A DNA stretch of 64,000 bases from assembly GCA_963675755.2 (NCBI GenBank), contig CAXXMD010000003.1:416001-480000 (forward strand). Direction: 5' to 3'. The DNA comes from a bacterium. Its GTDB lineage: Bacteria; Zhuqueibacterota; Zhuqueibacteria; Residuimicrobiales; Krinioviventaceae. Within the stretch, counting starts at the first letter, position 1. The number at the start of each line of letters is the position of its first letter. The notes under the pieces were generated by a model. The model searched no databases and was not told the origin of the DNA. It worked only from the letters and a program-made list of their open reading frames with translations. Of the stretch, positions 9,969 through 19,496 are shown piece after piece. Made by a program: the position numbers and the translations under genes.

Positions 9969-10442
9969 ATGAAAATTATAAATACATCCAAATGGATCAT
10001 ATTATTCAGCGTCATTACTATCCTTTTTTTCACTGCATGTTCAGATGACAGCAATCCCGTTGATACCGATGAATCAGACCATGACCACGCGGAAGCGGTT
10101 GGTCTGATAGTATCTTTGGGCGATCAGGAACTGGTTAGCTATAAAGAAGGCACGGTAACCGGTTCTTTTGCCATTACCACAGGACAAACCACAGACAAAC
10201 TGACTATTCAATTTATCGCAGAAGACGGTGATGTTTTCACCCCCGAAGGCGATCATTATGGATTTGTCTGGGAGGTTGGCAATACTGCGGTAGCAAACAT
10301 TCTTCAGGAAGAAAGTTATGGTACATGGGAGTTTTATATCTCGGGAATTGCTGCAGGACAAACATCTGTCATTTTCAAAATTTTTCATGGTGATCATGCC
10401 GATTTTGTCTCTCCCGAGATTTCCATAACCGTTGCAGATTAA
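9969..10442 (+). CDS. Lipoprotein with His motifs, probable metal-binding partner of the TonB receptor
   Basis: Lipobox FTAC; DHDHAEAVG near N terminus and FHGDHADF near C terminus; CAGGAG RBS. Confidence 0.7.
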   Translation: MKIINTSKWIILFSVITILFFTACSDDSNPVDTDESDHDHAEAVGLIVSLGDQELVSYKEGTVTGSFAITTGQTTDKLTIQFIAEDGDVFTPEGDHYGFVWEVGNTAVANILQEESYGTWEFYISGIAAGQTSVIFKIFHGDHADFVSPEISITVAD

Positions 10443-10448
10443 GGTGGC

Positions 10449-12695
10449 ATGATCATGAGAACAAGGCTATTTATTCTGCTGTTACTATCAACCAGCATTC
10501 TCATCAAACCGGTTTATACAGCACCCGGGCCCGAACTACCGGACCCGGAGTGTCCGGTAGAGTCTTCTGTCTTGATGGGTACTGTCAGAGATTCCATGAG
10601 CGCAGAGCCTATTGGATTTGTCAACATCCTGCTGCAAGAGCTCAATCGCTCCATCACCACCGATGCCAAAGGCAGGTTTGTCTTGTCTGATCTGCGATGC
10701 GGCAGTTTTACTGCCAGAACTTTTCGCATTGGTTACAAAAACATTACCTTTCCGGTAACTCTGGTGCACAAAGATACCACACAATTGGATATTGTACTTG
10801 AGCAAACCCCATTGATGTTTCAGGATGTTCTGGTAGAAAGCCAGCGCGGCAGTAATGATGAACAAGTAAGCACACCTATTATGCTGTCCGATAAAAAACT
10901 GCATGCCAACCTGGGCAAAACCATAGCGGAAACCGTGGATTATGAACCGGGAGTATCTCAGCAAACCATGGGGCCCGCACCCGCCAGACCCGTATTGCGA
11001 GGACTGGGAGGGGCCAGGCTCCTCATGCTGGAAGATGCCAACACTACCGGAGATCTCTCGGCAACATCTGCTGACCATGCGGTTGCCATTGAACCCCTGA
11101 CGACCGAGCGTATTGAAGTGGTCCGGGGCCCCAAAGCGCTTACATACGGCTCCAATACTCTGGGTGGTGTGATCAATGTAGTTAGAGGATTCATCCCCAC
11201 TACCGGCGTTAAAGCCGTAACAGGTTCTTTTACTCTGAACGGTGAAACCGTCAACAGCGGTAATGCGGTTGGTGGAGATATCTCACTACCGGCAGGACCT
11301 TTTACTGTGCGTCTGGATGGCAGTACCCGCCGGGCTGGCAGCATCCAAACACCAGCGGGAACACTGACCAACACGGGCATCAACACCCAAAACGCCTCAG
11401 CCGGAGCTGCATTGATCCGTAAATGGGGACGTGTTGGATTTGCCGCGGGCGATTATGAAAGCAGTTACGGTATACCCCCGGATCCCTATGGCGGTCATCC
11501 AAATGGTGTGGATATCAATCTTGAACGCAGACATACCGAAACCCTGCTGGAATGGTTTCCGCATCAACAACGCATTAAAAGCGTAAACATAATCCATACA
11601 TGGTCACGTTATTACCATGAGGAAATAGAAGCCTCGGGCGATCTGGGAATGAATTTTGGCGCCATTAACCACAACCTGCGCATTGAAACCACATTGGGAA
11701 GCTGCGGTAAACTTGAGAATAGTAAAATCGGATTAAAATCCGGCTATCGCGATTATGCCACAGGCGGTCTTACCTTTACCCCGGCAGTTCAGGAATATAA
11801 TCACGAGCTGTATTTTTACCAGCAGGCACACCTGGGGCCATTTGTTCAAAACGGTGCGGTGCGATATAATTTCAAATCCATCAAACCAGATACCCTCTAT
11901 GAATCGAGACAGGTGGGCAGTGTTCGTGAACGAGAATTTCAGGGCGTTGCCGCATCCATATCACTGCAATATGATTACTATACTTGGATTTTTGGCGGAA
12001 CAGTGACCCGTACGTTCATGCCCCCGGGTGTGGAAGAATTGTTCTCCGAGGGACCGCATCTGGCTGCATATGCCTACGAAGTGGGCAATGCGGAACTGAA
12101 TGCAGAAACCGGACTGGGAACCGAGCTTTTTATCAAAAAGAACCAGCGTGATCATTCGCTCTATTTTTCCGTATACCAGAACTATATCGATAACTACCTC
12201 ATCCCGGTCAATACGGGAGAAAAGAGCTGGCGGCGCGCGGATCTGTACGTATACCGTTATTTGGGAGAGGCGGTTATGATGCGCGGTACCGAATTGTCGG
12301 GCAGCTGGTTATTGTCCCGGTATTTATCATTATCCGGTACCCTCAGCTATGTCTGGGGCGAGATTACGTCTCAACACACCCCCATTCCCCGCACACCTCC
12401 GCTGGAAGGCCGACTGGCACTGAACTATCGCAAAGGCAGCTTTTCAGCGGGCATAAACCTGCGCGCGGCAGACGCGCAAACCCGTACCGGCGAATTTGAA
12501 ACCACAACAGATGGCTATACCGTGCTCGATCTTTCAGCGCAATACCTCATTGCCGCAGCGGGATTCATGCACAGCATTTCCTTGTCCGTTAACAATGCAA
12601 CGGATACATCATACCGCAAGCACCTCAACCGCGTTAAAGACGTTATGCCCGAACCCGGCAGAAACGTGCGGCTGTTGTACAAGGTATTTTATTGA
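10449..12695 (+). CDS. TonB-dependent receptor, ZnuD-like metal uptake type
   Basis: Carboxypeptidase-regulatory-like N domain, plug ARPVLRGL...DHAVAIEP...IEVVRGP, EELFSEGPHLA, terminal PGRNVRLLYKVFY. Confidence 0.88.
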   Translation: MIMRTRLFILLLLSTSILIKPVYTAPGPELPDPECPVESSVLMGTVRDSMSAEPIGFVNILLQELNRSITTDAKGRFVLSDLRCGSFTARTFRIGYKNITFPVTLVHKDTTQLDIVLEQTPLMFQDVLVESQRGSNDEQVSTPIMLSDKKLHANLGKTIAETVDYEPGVSQQTMGPAPARPVLRGLGGARLLMLEDANTTGDLSATSADHAVAIEPLTTERIEVVRGPKALTYGSNTLGGVINVVRGFIPTTGVKAVTGSFTLNGETVNSGNAVGGDISLPAGPFTVRLDGSTRRAGSIQTPAGTLTNTGINTQNASAGAALIRKWGRVGFAAGDYESSYGIPPDPYGGHPNGVDINLERRHTETLLEWFPHQQRIKSVNIIHTWSRYYHEEIEASGDLGMNFGAINHNLRIETTLGSCGKLENSKIGLKSGYRDYATGGLTFTPAVQEYNHELYFYQQAHLGPFVQNGAVRYNFKSIKPDTLYESRQVGSVREREFQGVAASISLQYDYYTWIFGGTVTRTFMPPGVEELFSEGPHLAAYAYEVGNAELNAETGLGTELFIKKNQRDHSLYFSVYQNYIDNYLIPVNTGEKSWRRADLYVYRYLGEAVMMRGTELSGSWLLSRYLSLSGTLSYVWGEITSQHTPIPRTPPLEGRLALNYRKGSFSAGINLRAADAQTRTGEFETTTDGYTVLDLSAQYLIAAAGFMHSISLSVNNATDTSYRKHLNRVKDVMPEPGRNVRLLYKVFY

Positions 12696-12718
12696 TGAAA
12701 TTAGATTTTCTTAAAATA

Positions 12719-12753
12719 AAAAAGCCCTGCAACATTGTGTTACAGGGCTTTTT
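12719..12753. terminator. Bidirectional terminator between the TonB receptor gene and ssrA
   Basis: AAAAAGCCCTG...CAGGGCTTTTT hairpin. Confidence 0.8.
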
Positions 12754-12762
12754 CAATTCTAG

Positions 12763-13122
12763 TGGAGACGGTGGGAGTTGAACCCACGTCCGAAAACTCG
12801 GCCATAGCGGCGTCTACATGCATAGTTTATGGCTTAAATCTCGGTCATCCCTGCTGCCTTAAACAAAGCCAGAACAACCCAGTCCTGTAAAATTTCACGC
12901 TTTACGCCAGAACATCATAAAACGCAAACCCGCAGTAATCGTCGTCCTTTCCGGCCCCCTGCGGGTCCAATTCCGGAAGGACGTTAGCTGTCAATTAAGC
13001 AGCTAAAGCGTAATCGTAATTGTCTGCAATTACTTAGTTTTCTCGGATGATTAACGAGGGCACCGAGGTCCTCGACACGCAGCCACTAACACCATAATTC
13101 CCGTCGAATCCAAGTCGTCCCC
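12763..13122 (-). ncRNA. ssrA: tmRNA
   Basis: 5' GGGGACGACTTGGATTCGAC; 3' GGACGTGGGTTCAACTCCCACCGTCTCCA with G3-U acceptor pair; tag ORF at 13027-12995 encodes ADNYDYALAA-stop; CCA not encoded. Confidence 0.97.
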
Positions 13123-13227
13123 ATTTCAAAGAGCATTATATAATTTAACACTTTTTCAGCAAAAAACAATTGCTTTTCTATTCGTATAACGTAAAATTAA
13201 CCGCTTTTGTTCCATCCCAAATAACAA

Positions 13228-13259
13228 ATCCCGCGGTATCTAGTATACACCGCGGGATG
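13228..13259 (-). terminator. Hairpin after the secreted-protein gene
   Basis: ATCCCGCGGT...ACCGCGGGAT inverted repeat about 20 bp past the stop codon. Confidence 0.55.
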
Positions 13260-13280
13260 CAATTTTATTCAAAAAAATGT

Positions 13281-15080
13281 TTATCGAATCAATGTCATTT
13301 TACGTACCAGGGTGTTGCCGTTGCATTGCATCTTGTAAAAATACACACCCGATGCCACCTGCTGGTTCTGAGCATTCATACCATTCCATGTCAACTGGTA
13401 ATTACCTGCCTGCCGATATCCATCATACAGCGTCTGAATGTGCTTGCCATTGATATCAAAAACCGCAACCTGCACATCTCCGGCTTTATCCAGATTGTAC
13501 TCGATTGTTGTCTGCGGATTAAATGGATTGGGATAATTCTGGCCCAGACTGAAAACAGAAGGAACCGATTCATTTTCCTCAACTGCCACCGGTATGGTGC
13601 CTTTGATAATGCGGGCAACCAGCTCATTGCCGTTCTCTTCGTTTGTTGAATCGTAAACAGCATAAACAACAAGAAATTCGTTACGGTAGCTGTTATGCGC
13701 AATACCTACCAGGTTACCACCGGCACTCTTGTACTCATCAGTATCAATTTCACAATTTTCAGTGCTTGCGACATCATTGGCCCGGTCTAATGTAATCAAT
13801 GAAACCGATGAATCAGGCTCTACATAAACACGTTGTCCATATTCATCTGTATTATAATAATCAGCATTCATGTTCCGCTGATCTTCCCAGTGCAGCATGA
13901 ATTCATTATCATATTCGCTCCAGGCAATATCCGGAGCATTCTGCCGCCCGATTGCATCACTAACTGGAAATGAGGAATGTACTTCAAAATCACCCAGGTT
14001 GTTTATAGCATAGCAAAAAAACAAACTATCGTCATCCGCAGTCGGCTTTAAACCCATCTTGACAGCTTCCGAATCCGGTACAAAGGCAACCCGCTGTCCA
14101 TAAATATCATTGTCAGGATATGCACCATTCACCCATGTTACCAGACACTCGCAGAATTTACTGCTCTGCGCGGATTTGTTTAATGAATTGTCATATTCAT
14201 AATTAAACTGCGCCCGGGGTTGTAACGGATCTATGTAATTGCCGGTATCTGTTGCAATAACCATGGGACCTTCCTGATCATGGCCCATAGCGTCCCGCAA
14301 GGTACCATATGCGCTTACACGTTGTCCCCAGACTTCAATATTGTTCATATAATCGTCACTGCCAAAAACAACAAACCATTCATTGAGATAATCCGAATAG
14401 GTGACAACCGGAACATCATGAATATTATTTGTATCACAGATAATAAAATTTTCTGATCTATCTGAAGGGATTAAAAACTCACCATTTGCATTCACAATTT
14501 GGCCATAAATTGCACCATTGTACGGAACTAAACCGCGATAATCCGTCCAGACCACCAGAAAAGTTCCTGTCATTGAATTATACGCAACATCCGGATAATG
14601 AATTGCCGATGAATCCGTACAAACGGAAAAGCAGGTATCAATTTCTGTAAATTCAGTTTCAATGTGTTTACCATCTTTGTCAAGAATTGCAGCATAAACA
14701 TCGTAATTATCATACCAATCGTCAACATCTTGAGCATTTCGATTGTCTGAAAAAACAACCAAATATCGATTGCTAACAGGATCAAAATCCAAGTGCGGCC
14801 ACCATTGTGAAGAGGAATCGTTGGTAACACAAATATTTTCACCTCTCAATGTGCCATCACCTCTAATAATTTGTCCGTAAATATCAGAGTGTGTGGTTTG
14901 ATATGTACGATTATCTTCCCATACCACAAGGTACTCATCCTCTATAGGATTATAAACGGCTTGGGTAAAACTCTGGCAAAATGGTGCGTTAGAAATTTCT
15001 ATCAGATCTCCAATTACCCCGGCAGATCCAACAGAACAGAATAATGCAACAAACAGCATTATTACTGAATACTTTTTCAT
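13281..15080 (-). CDS. Secreted repeat protein with FlgD/T9SS-type C-terminal domain
   Basis: Signal peptide; repeated (Y/F)LVVWxDxR...DIYGQ blades; C-terminal LGQNYPNPFNP...SGVYFYKM...RKMTLIR; ATG 15080 follows GGAGG. Confidence 0.8.
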   Translation of the reverse strand: MKKYSVIMLFVALFCSVGSAGVIGDLIEISNAPFCQSFTQAVYNPIEDEYLVVWEDNRTYQTTHSDIYGQIIRGDGTLRGENICVTNDSSSQWWPHLDFDPVSNRYLVVFSDNRNAQDVDDWYDNYDVYAAILDKDGKHIETEFTEIDTCFSVCTDSSAIHYPDVAYNSMTGTFLVVWTDYRGLVPYNGAIYGQIVNANGEFLIPSDRSENFIICDTNNIHDVPVVTYSDYLNEWFVVFGSDDYMNNIEVWGQRVSAYGTLRDAMGHDQEGPMVIATDTGNYIDPLQPRAQFNYEYDNSLNKSAQSSKFCECLVTWVNGAYPDNDIYGQRVAFVPDSEAVKMGLKPTADDDSLFFCYAINNLGDFEVHSSFPVSDAIGRQNAPDIAWSEYDNEFMLHWEDQRNMNADYYNTDEYGQRVYVEPDSSVSLITLDRANDVASTENCEIDTDEYKSAGGNLVGIAHNSYRNEFLVVYAVYDSTNEENGNELVARIIKGTIPVAVEENESVPSVFSLGQNYPNPFNPQTTIEYNLDKAGDVQVAVFDINGKHIQTLYDGYRQAGNYQLTWNGMNAQNQQVASGVYFYKMQCNGNTLVRKMTLIR

Positions 15081-15234
15081 GCAAGAACCCTCCAATTTTT
15101 TATGATATACGAGTATGTTAATTTATTCGGTAAAAATCAAGAAATATAAAGCATTTAGGGAAAAAAAAGTGGGAAATAATTGTTTAATTTTTAAATTAAG
15201 AAAAGTAGGAATTGGGGAAAAAAGGGGTTAACTT

Positions 15235-17346
15235 ATGCAGTATCAATACACTCCATTTACATTTTTTTTGCTAATCTCATTCACCATTTCTTTTTTCATT
15301 TTTATCTATATAGCCCGAAAAGCATCAACAACCGGCAGAATACCGTTTTCAATTTTCATGTTTAGTTCAGCGCTTTGGTCACTTGCCTATGCGGGTGAAT
15401 TATCAAGCGCAAATATTGAAGCAAAATGGGCGTGGTTTATGTTACAAGCGGTTGGATTCCTGACACTTCCTGTTGCATATTTATATTTTGCTAAAATATT
15501 TATTGACAAAAAAAGCTTTAACAAATATCTGAATATCATTTTCATTTCTATTCCTGTTATTGTCTTTATCTTTGTAATAACCAATTCTTTTCATCACTTT
15601 TACATCACCCGTCTTGAGCTGTTTCAAAACAGATCATATATAGATATGCACATATTCTATGGTCCTGTTTTCTGGTTTCAAATTGTCTTTAGTTACAGCA
15701 CAGCATTATATGTCTTTTTTAAATTCATACGTGCATACTATACAAGCATGCATCTTTATAAAAAACAGGCAATTGCCTTACTCCTGGCAGGAACAATTCC
15801 TGTTGTTTCCAGTTCATTTTCAATTATTGGATTCAATCCCTACAATGTGGAATATGCTACATTTATATTTTCCATCACCGGAATTATTATTATTTTTGGT
15901 TTATATCAGTACCGCTTGTTGGATATTATTCCGGTTGCTCGCAACCAGATTGTAGAAATTATGGAGGAAGCAGTTCTGGTTTTTGATTCTGAAAAGAGAT
16001 TAATCGATTTTAATACCAGGGCTTCAGAAATATTCAATTTAACCAAAATCAAATCTATTGGAGTTCATTTCGAAACAGAATTTGCCAACTGGCCTCCTTT
16101 TGTGAATTGCCTAAAGAAAAACAACTTTACGAGCGGTATTGTGGAATGCAACCGGCATGATAAAGGATCTGGCAAGGCTAAATATTATGATATAAAAATT
16201 TCAAAAATTCGCACACAATCTGATAAAATCAATGCATACATCCTGGTAATGCACGATATTACCGAGCGAAAACAGGAATCGCAATTGCTCAAAATATCAC
16301 AGCAGGAGCTCAAAAAAATCGTCAAAACCCGAACCAATGCCTTACAGGAAGCAAACAAGGCATTGATCGAAAGTGAAGAAAAAATGTTCCAGTTTATTGA
16401 TTCTGCCACAGAAGTGTTTATGGTCTGGAACCAGAATTTTGAGCTATTGTTAATTAATCGCCTGGGCATTCAAATTTTTGCACCAGGCGCAAAACGAATG
16501 GATCTTTATAAAAAACCAATTCAAGAAATTTTTGTAAATAAAATTGATGAAAAGCTACTCAATAAATATAAAAACGTTCTTGAAACAGGTATCCCCTTTT
16601 CATATGATGAAACAATTAACGTTTTAAACAACAAAGAATACAATGTACAACTCCGTGTTTTTAAAACGGGTTCAGAGCTGGGAATGATACTCATTGACAT
16701 GACAGAACACATCAAATCTGCTCAAGAGTTGAATAATGCATTACACGAAAAAGAAGTTTTATTGAAAGAAATTCATCACCGTGTAAAAAATAACATGCAA
16801 GTCATATCCAGCCTGTTGAGTATTCAGGCAGCTAATATTACGGAACCCCATGCGTTGGAAGCATTTGAAGAAAGTAGAAACCGAATCCGTTCCATGGCCC
16901 TGATCCATGAATCTCTCTATCGTTCAGATAATCTTGCTCAAATCCATTTCGGGTATTATGTAGACAATCTCGCAAAAAGCCTTTACCGTTCAATGCAAAC
17001 AGATATGTCAAAAATCAATCTCAAGGTTAACATTTCAGATGTCTTTATTGATATTGCATCGGCTATCCCTTGTGGATTATTATTGAATGAATTGATCACA
17101 AACTCTTTAAAACACGCCTTTACAAATCTAAACAGTGGTGTTATCGCTATTCATTTTGAAAAACTTGATCATTCTTTCAAACTCGTATATCAGGATAATG
17201 GCAGAGGACTACCGGAAAATTTGGACATTGCACATTCAAACACCCTGGGTCTGGAGCTTGTGCAATCGTTAACAAAACAACTCAAAGGCACTCTTGATGT
17301 TCGTTCAGATAACGGTACAATATATGAATTGACCTTTCCATCATAA
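15235..17346 (+). CDS. Membrane sensor histidine kinase (7TM-type N terminus, PAS, HisKA_2/HATPase)
   Basis: EIHHRVKNNMQ H-box, NELITNSLKHAF, DNGRGLP, TLGLELV; multiple N-terminal TM helices. Confidence 0.9.
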   Translation: MQYQYTPFTFFLLISFTISFFIFIYIARKASTTGRIPFSIFMFSSALWSLAYAGELSSANIEAKWAWFMLQAVGFLTLPVAYLYFAKIFIDKKSFNKYLNIIFISIPVIVFIFVITNSFHHFYITRLELFQNRSYIDMHIFYGPVFWFQIVFSYSTALYVFFKFIRAYYTSMHLYKKQAIALLLAGTIPVVSSSFSIIGFNPYNVEYATFIFSITGIIIIFGLYQYRLLDIIPVARNQIVEIMEEAVLVFDSEKRLIDFNTRASEIFNLTKIKSIGVHFETEFANWPPFVNCLKKNNFTSGIVECNRHDKGSGKAKYYDIKISKIRTQSDKINAYILVMHDITERKQESQLLKISQQELKKIVKTRTNALQEANKALIESEEKMFQFIDSATEVFMVWNQNFELLLINRLGIQIFAPGAKRMDLYKKPIQEIFVNKIDEKLLNKYKNVLETGIPFSYDETINVLNNKEYNVQLRVFKTGSELGMILIDMTEHIKSAQELNNALHEKEVLLKEIHHRVKNNMQVISSLLSIQAANITEPHALEAFEESRNRIRSMALIHESLYRSDNLAQIHFGYYVDNLAKSLYRSMQTDMSKINLKVNISDVFIDIASAIPCGLLLNELITNSLKHAFTNLNSGVIAIHFEKLDHSFKLVYQDNGRGLPENLDIAHSNTLGLELVQSLTKQLKGTLDVRSDNGTIYELTFPS

Positions 17347-17474
17347 TTTACCAAGCAAAACGTTTCCATCTGCCCCTGTAAAAAAAATTTTTCCACCTCT
17401 ATTTTTTTATATTTATTCTCCCTTTTTTTTATATATTATAATTCCCTTGTAATTCAACATTAAACGAGGTTTTC

Positions 17475-19487
17475 ATGAATCGCTCCACGTTCCTGTTAAT
17501 AACGTTCCTGCTATTTTCCTGCATACATGCCCAAACCCTCATCATCTATGGTGACAATGCCTCTGTTGTAGAAAAAAATGCAATAAACGATCTAAATATC
17601 GATATCACCAAAGTGTGTCAAAATGAATCTGTTATTATTTGTAAAGAATCTGATTTTCAAAAACAATCTCATTATACAAAAATCATCCTAGCCGGCACAA
17701 AGAAATCGCATAACATGCTCAAAGCCTTGTGCGATAGTAGTAGATTACAATTGTTAATGATGAATGACACACTCCCTGCTGAAACATTTCTCATTGAAAA
17801 AGTACGTATAACCTCTAAATCCAACATTCCCGTTTTGGCCATCATGGGAGCCGATGAACGCGGACTGTTTTATGGCGTATATGAATTTTCAAAACAGGTA
17901 TTGGGAATTGACGCACTGGAATTCTGGACAGGTAAAACCCCACTACCTCAAGACACCTTGTCTATCCCTGATTTAATCATTCGTGAAGACGCGCCCGTTT
18001 TCCCATTACGCGGCTATTTTGATAATGATAACGATATGCTGGCAAACTGGAAGGGACGCAAACTCGTCGTGGAATTTGACATCTGGCAGGAAATGATCAA
18101 CAGTCTGATGCGATTACGCTACAATTTTATCGACATACACGATCTGCTAGGACGTGCGGAATATTACAAAAGAGAATATTATACCAACATGGTTGAATAC
18201 CATACGGACCTTGAACTGGTTGAACAGGTTATCGATTATGCACACAGCAAAGGTATGTTGGTTCAGGTTCCCATGTATCTGGGGTGGGAGTTCCACCACA
18301 TCTCGGATGACCATCTTTGCTTGTCTGAGCATATGGACGAGTGGATGAAAATCTATCATTTTTACTTGAAAAAATCGCCATTGGGCAAGGCAGATTTGTT
18401 TTTACAGCGACCCCGTCATCCCTATTGGGATACAGCTTATAAATGCCCCAAAGAAAAACAAGCCGGAATTGAAACCGGCCCGCTCATGAACAAGATGTTT
18501 CAGGGGCTTTATAATATGATTATAGAGCACAATCCCAATGCAATTCTGTTTTGTGATCTGTGGAGTGAAGGACGGCCCATGTTCAATAGCGGTTCGTTTC
18601 AACCGGACCGTCATATCAAAATGCTTTGGGCTGATCACGGTTTTGCTGAATTTGGTGAATGGCCCGATGAAACACCCCGACGTAAATATAACTTTGGTAT
18701 ATACATTCACGCAGGTGTTTGGAAAAACCATGTATTACAAGATCCATACCCCGGCAGAATCAAAGAGGCATCATTGGAAGCCATGCAGCGGGAAATGACA
18801 AGCTGCTATCTGGTAAACGGTCAGGATTTTAAACATTTCATCCTTAATCTTGAAGCCTGTGCACTTGCAGCATGGGACCCGGTTCAATTTGATCCCGAGA
18901 AATTCTATACAGAATGGACTAGCCGTTATTTCAGTCCCCAGGCGTCTGGTTGTATTGTGGAGAGTTTAAAACTCTTGCACGAAGCCCATCAACCGGTTGG
19001 CGGGTATCGTGACATTACAGCAATGATTGAAACCATACTCAAAAACCTGGCGGACAAAAAGCTTGAAAAAGTTTCGTTAAAAGAAATTGCCTCTGCAGCA
19101 GGCTTAGCGGAAATGTCTTTACAAACAGCAGAAAACACATTGCCGGCAGTACCTGAAAGTTGCTTTTTGGTTTATGATGACCAGATCGTATTCCCCGCAA
19201 GAATTTATGAAATGAATCTGCGCTTGCTTCAGGCTACTGCATTGTATAACAATTTTTTGGTCGAACTCCAGAACCACCCCAATATGCCAGCAAGAACAGA
19301 GTTGTATGAGCAATACAGCTATGCATTACGAATGGCATTAATTTCTATCCGTAGCACCCTGACAGAAGGATCCATGTGGAAGAAATGGGAAGGCTGGACA
19401 AAACCCGAACATTTCAGGCTCTACAATCCCATGCCTCAGGTTGAATGGGTAGATGAGATCATCAACACCTGGCGAGAGACGCTCTAA
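17475..19487 (+). CDS. Secreted glycoside hydrolase, GH115-like
   Basis: Signal peptide; GADERGLFYGVYEFS...FWT and RGYFDND resemble the GH115/GH67 N-terminal region. Confidence 0.55.
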   Translation: MNRSTFLLITFLLFSCIHAQTLIIYGDNASVVEKNAINDLNIDITKVCQNESVIICKESDFQKQSHYTKIILAGTKKSHNMLKALCDSSRLQLLMMNDTLPAETFLIEKVRITSKSNIPVLAIMGADERGLFYGVYEFSKQVLGIDALEFWTGKTPLPQDTLSIPDLIIREDAPVFPLRGYFDNDNDMLANWKGRKLVVEFDIWQEMINSLMRLRYNFIDIHDLLGRAEYYKREYYTNMVEYHTDLELVEQVIDYAHSKGMLVQVPMYLGWEFHHISDDHLCLSEHMDEWMKIYHFYLKKSPLGKADLFLQRPRHPYWDTAYKCPKEKQAGIETGPLMNKMFQGLYNMIIEHNPNAILFCDLWSEGRPMFNSGSFQPDRHIKMLWADHGFAEFGEWPDETPRRKYNFGIYIHAGVWKNHVLQDPYPGRIKEASLEAMQREMTSCYLVNGQDFKHFILNLEACALAAWDPVQFDPEKFYTEWTSRYFSPQASGCIVESLKLLHEAHQPVGGYRDITAMIETILKNLADKKLEKVSLKEIASAAGLAEMSLQTAENTLPAVPESCFLVYDDQIVFPARIYEMNLRLLQATALYNNFLVELQNHPNMPARTELYEQYSYALRMALISIRSTLTEGSMWKKWEGWTKPEHFRLYNPMPQVEWVDEIINTWRETL

Positions 19488-19496
19488 ACAATCATC

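Noticed and set aside
12763-12795. tRNA gene
   Set aside because: The T-arm/acceptor sequence is the 3' end of tmRNA.
12696-13122. Island integrated at ssrA
   Set aside because: No integrase next to it and no duplicated tmRNA 3' end seen; it abuts a shared terminator.
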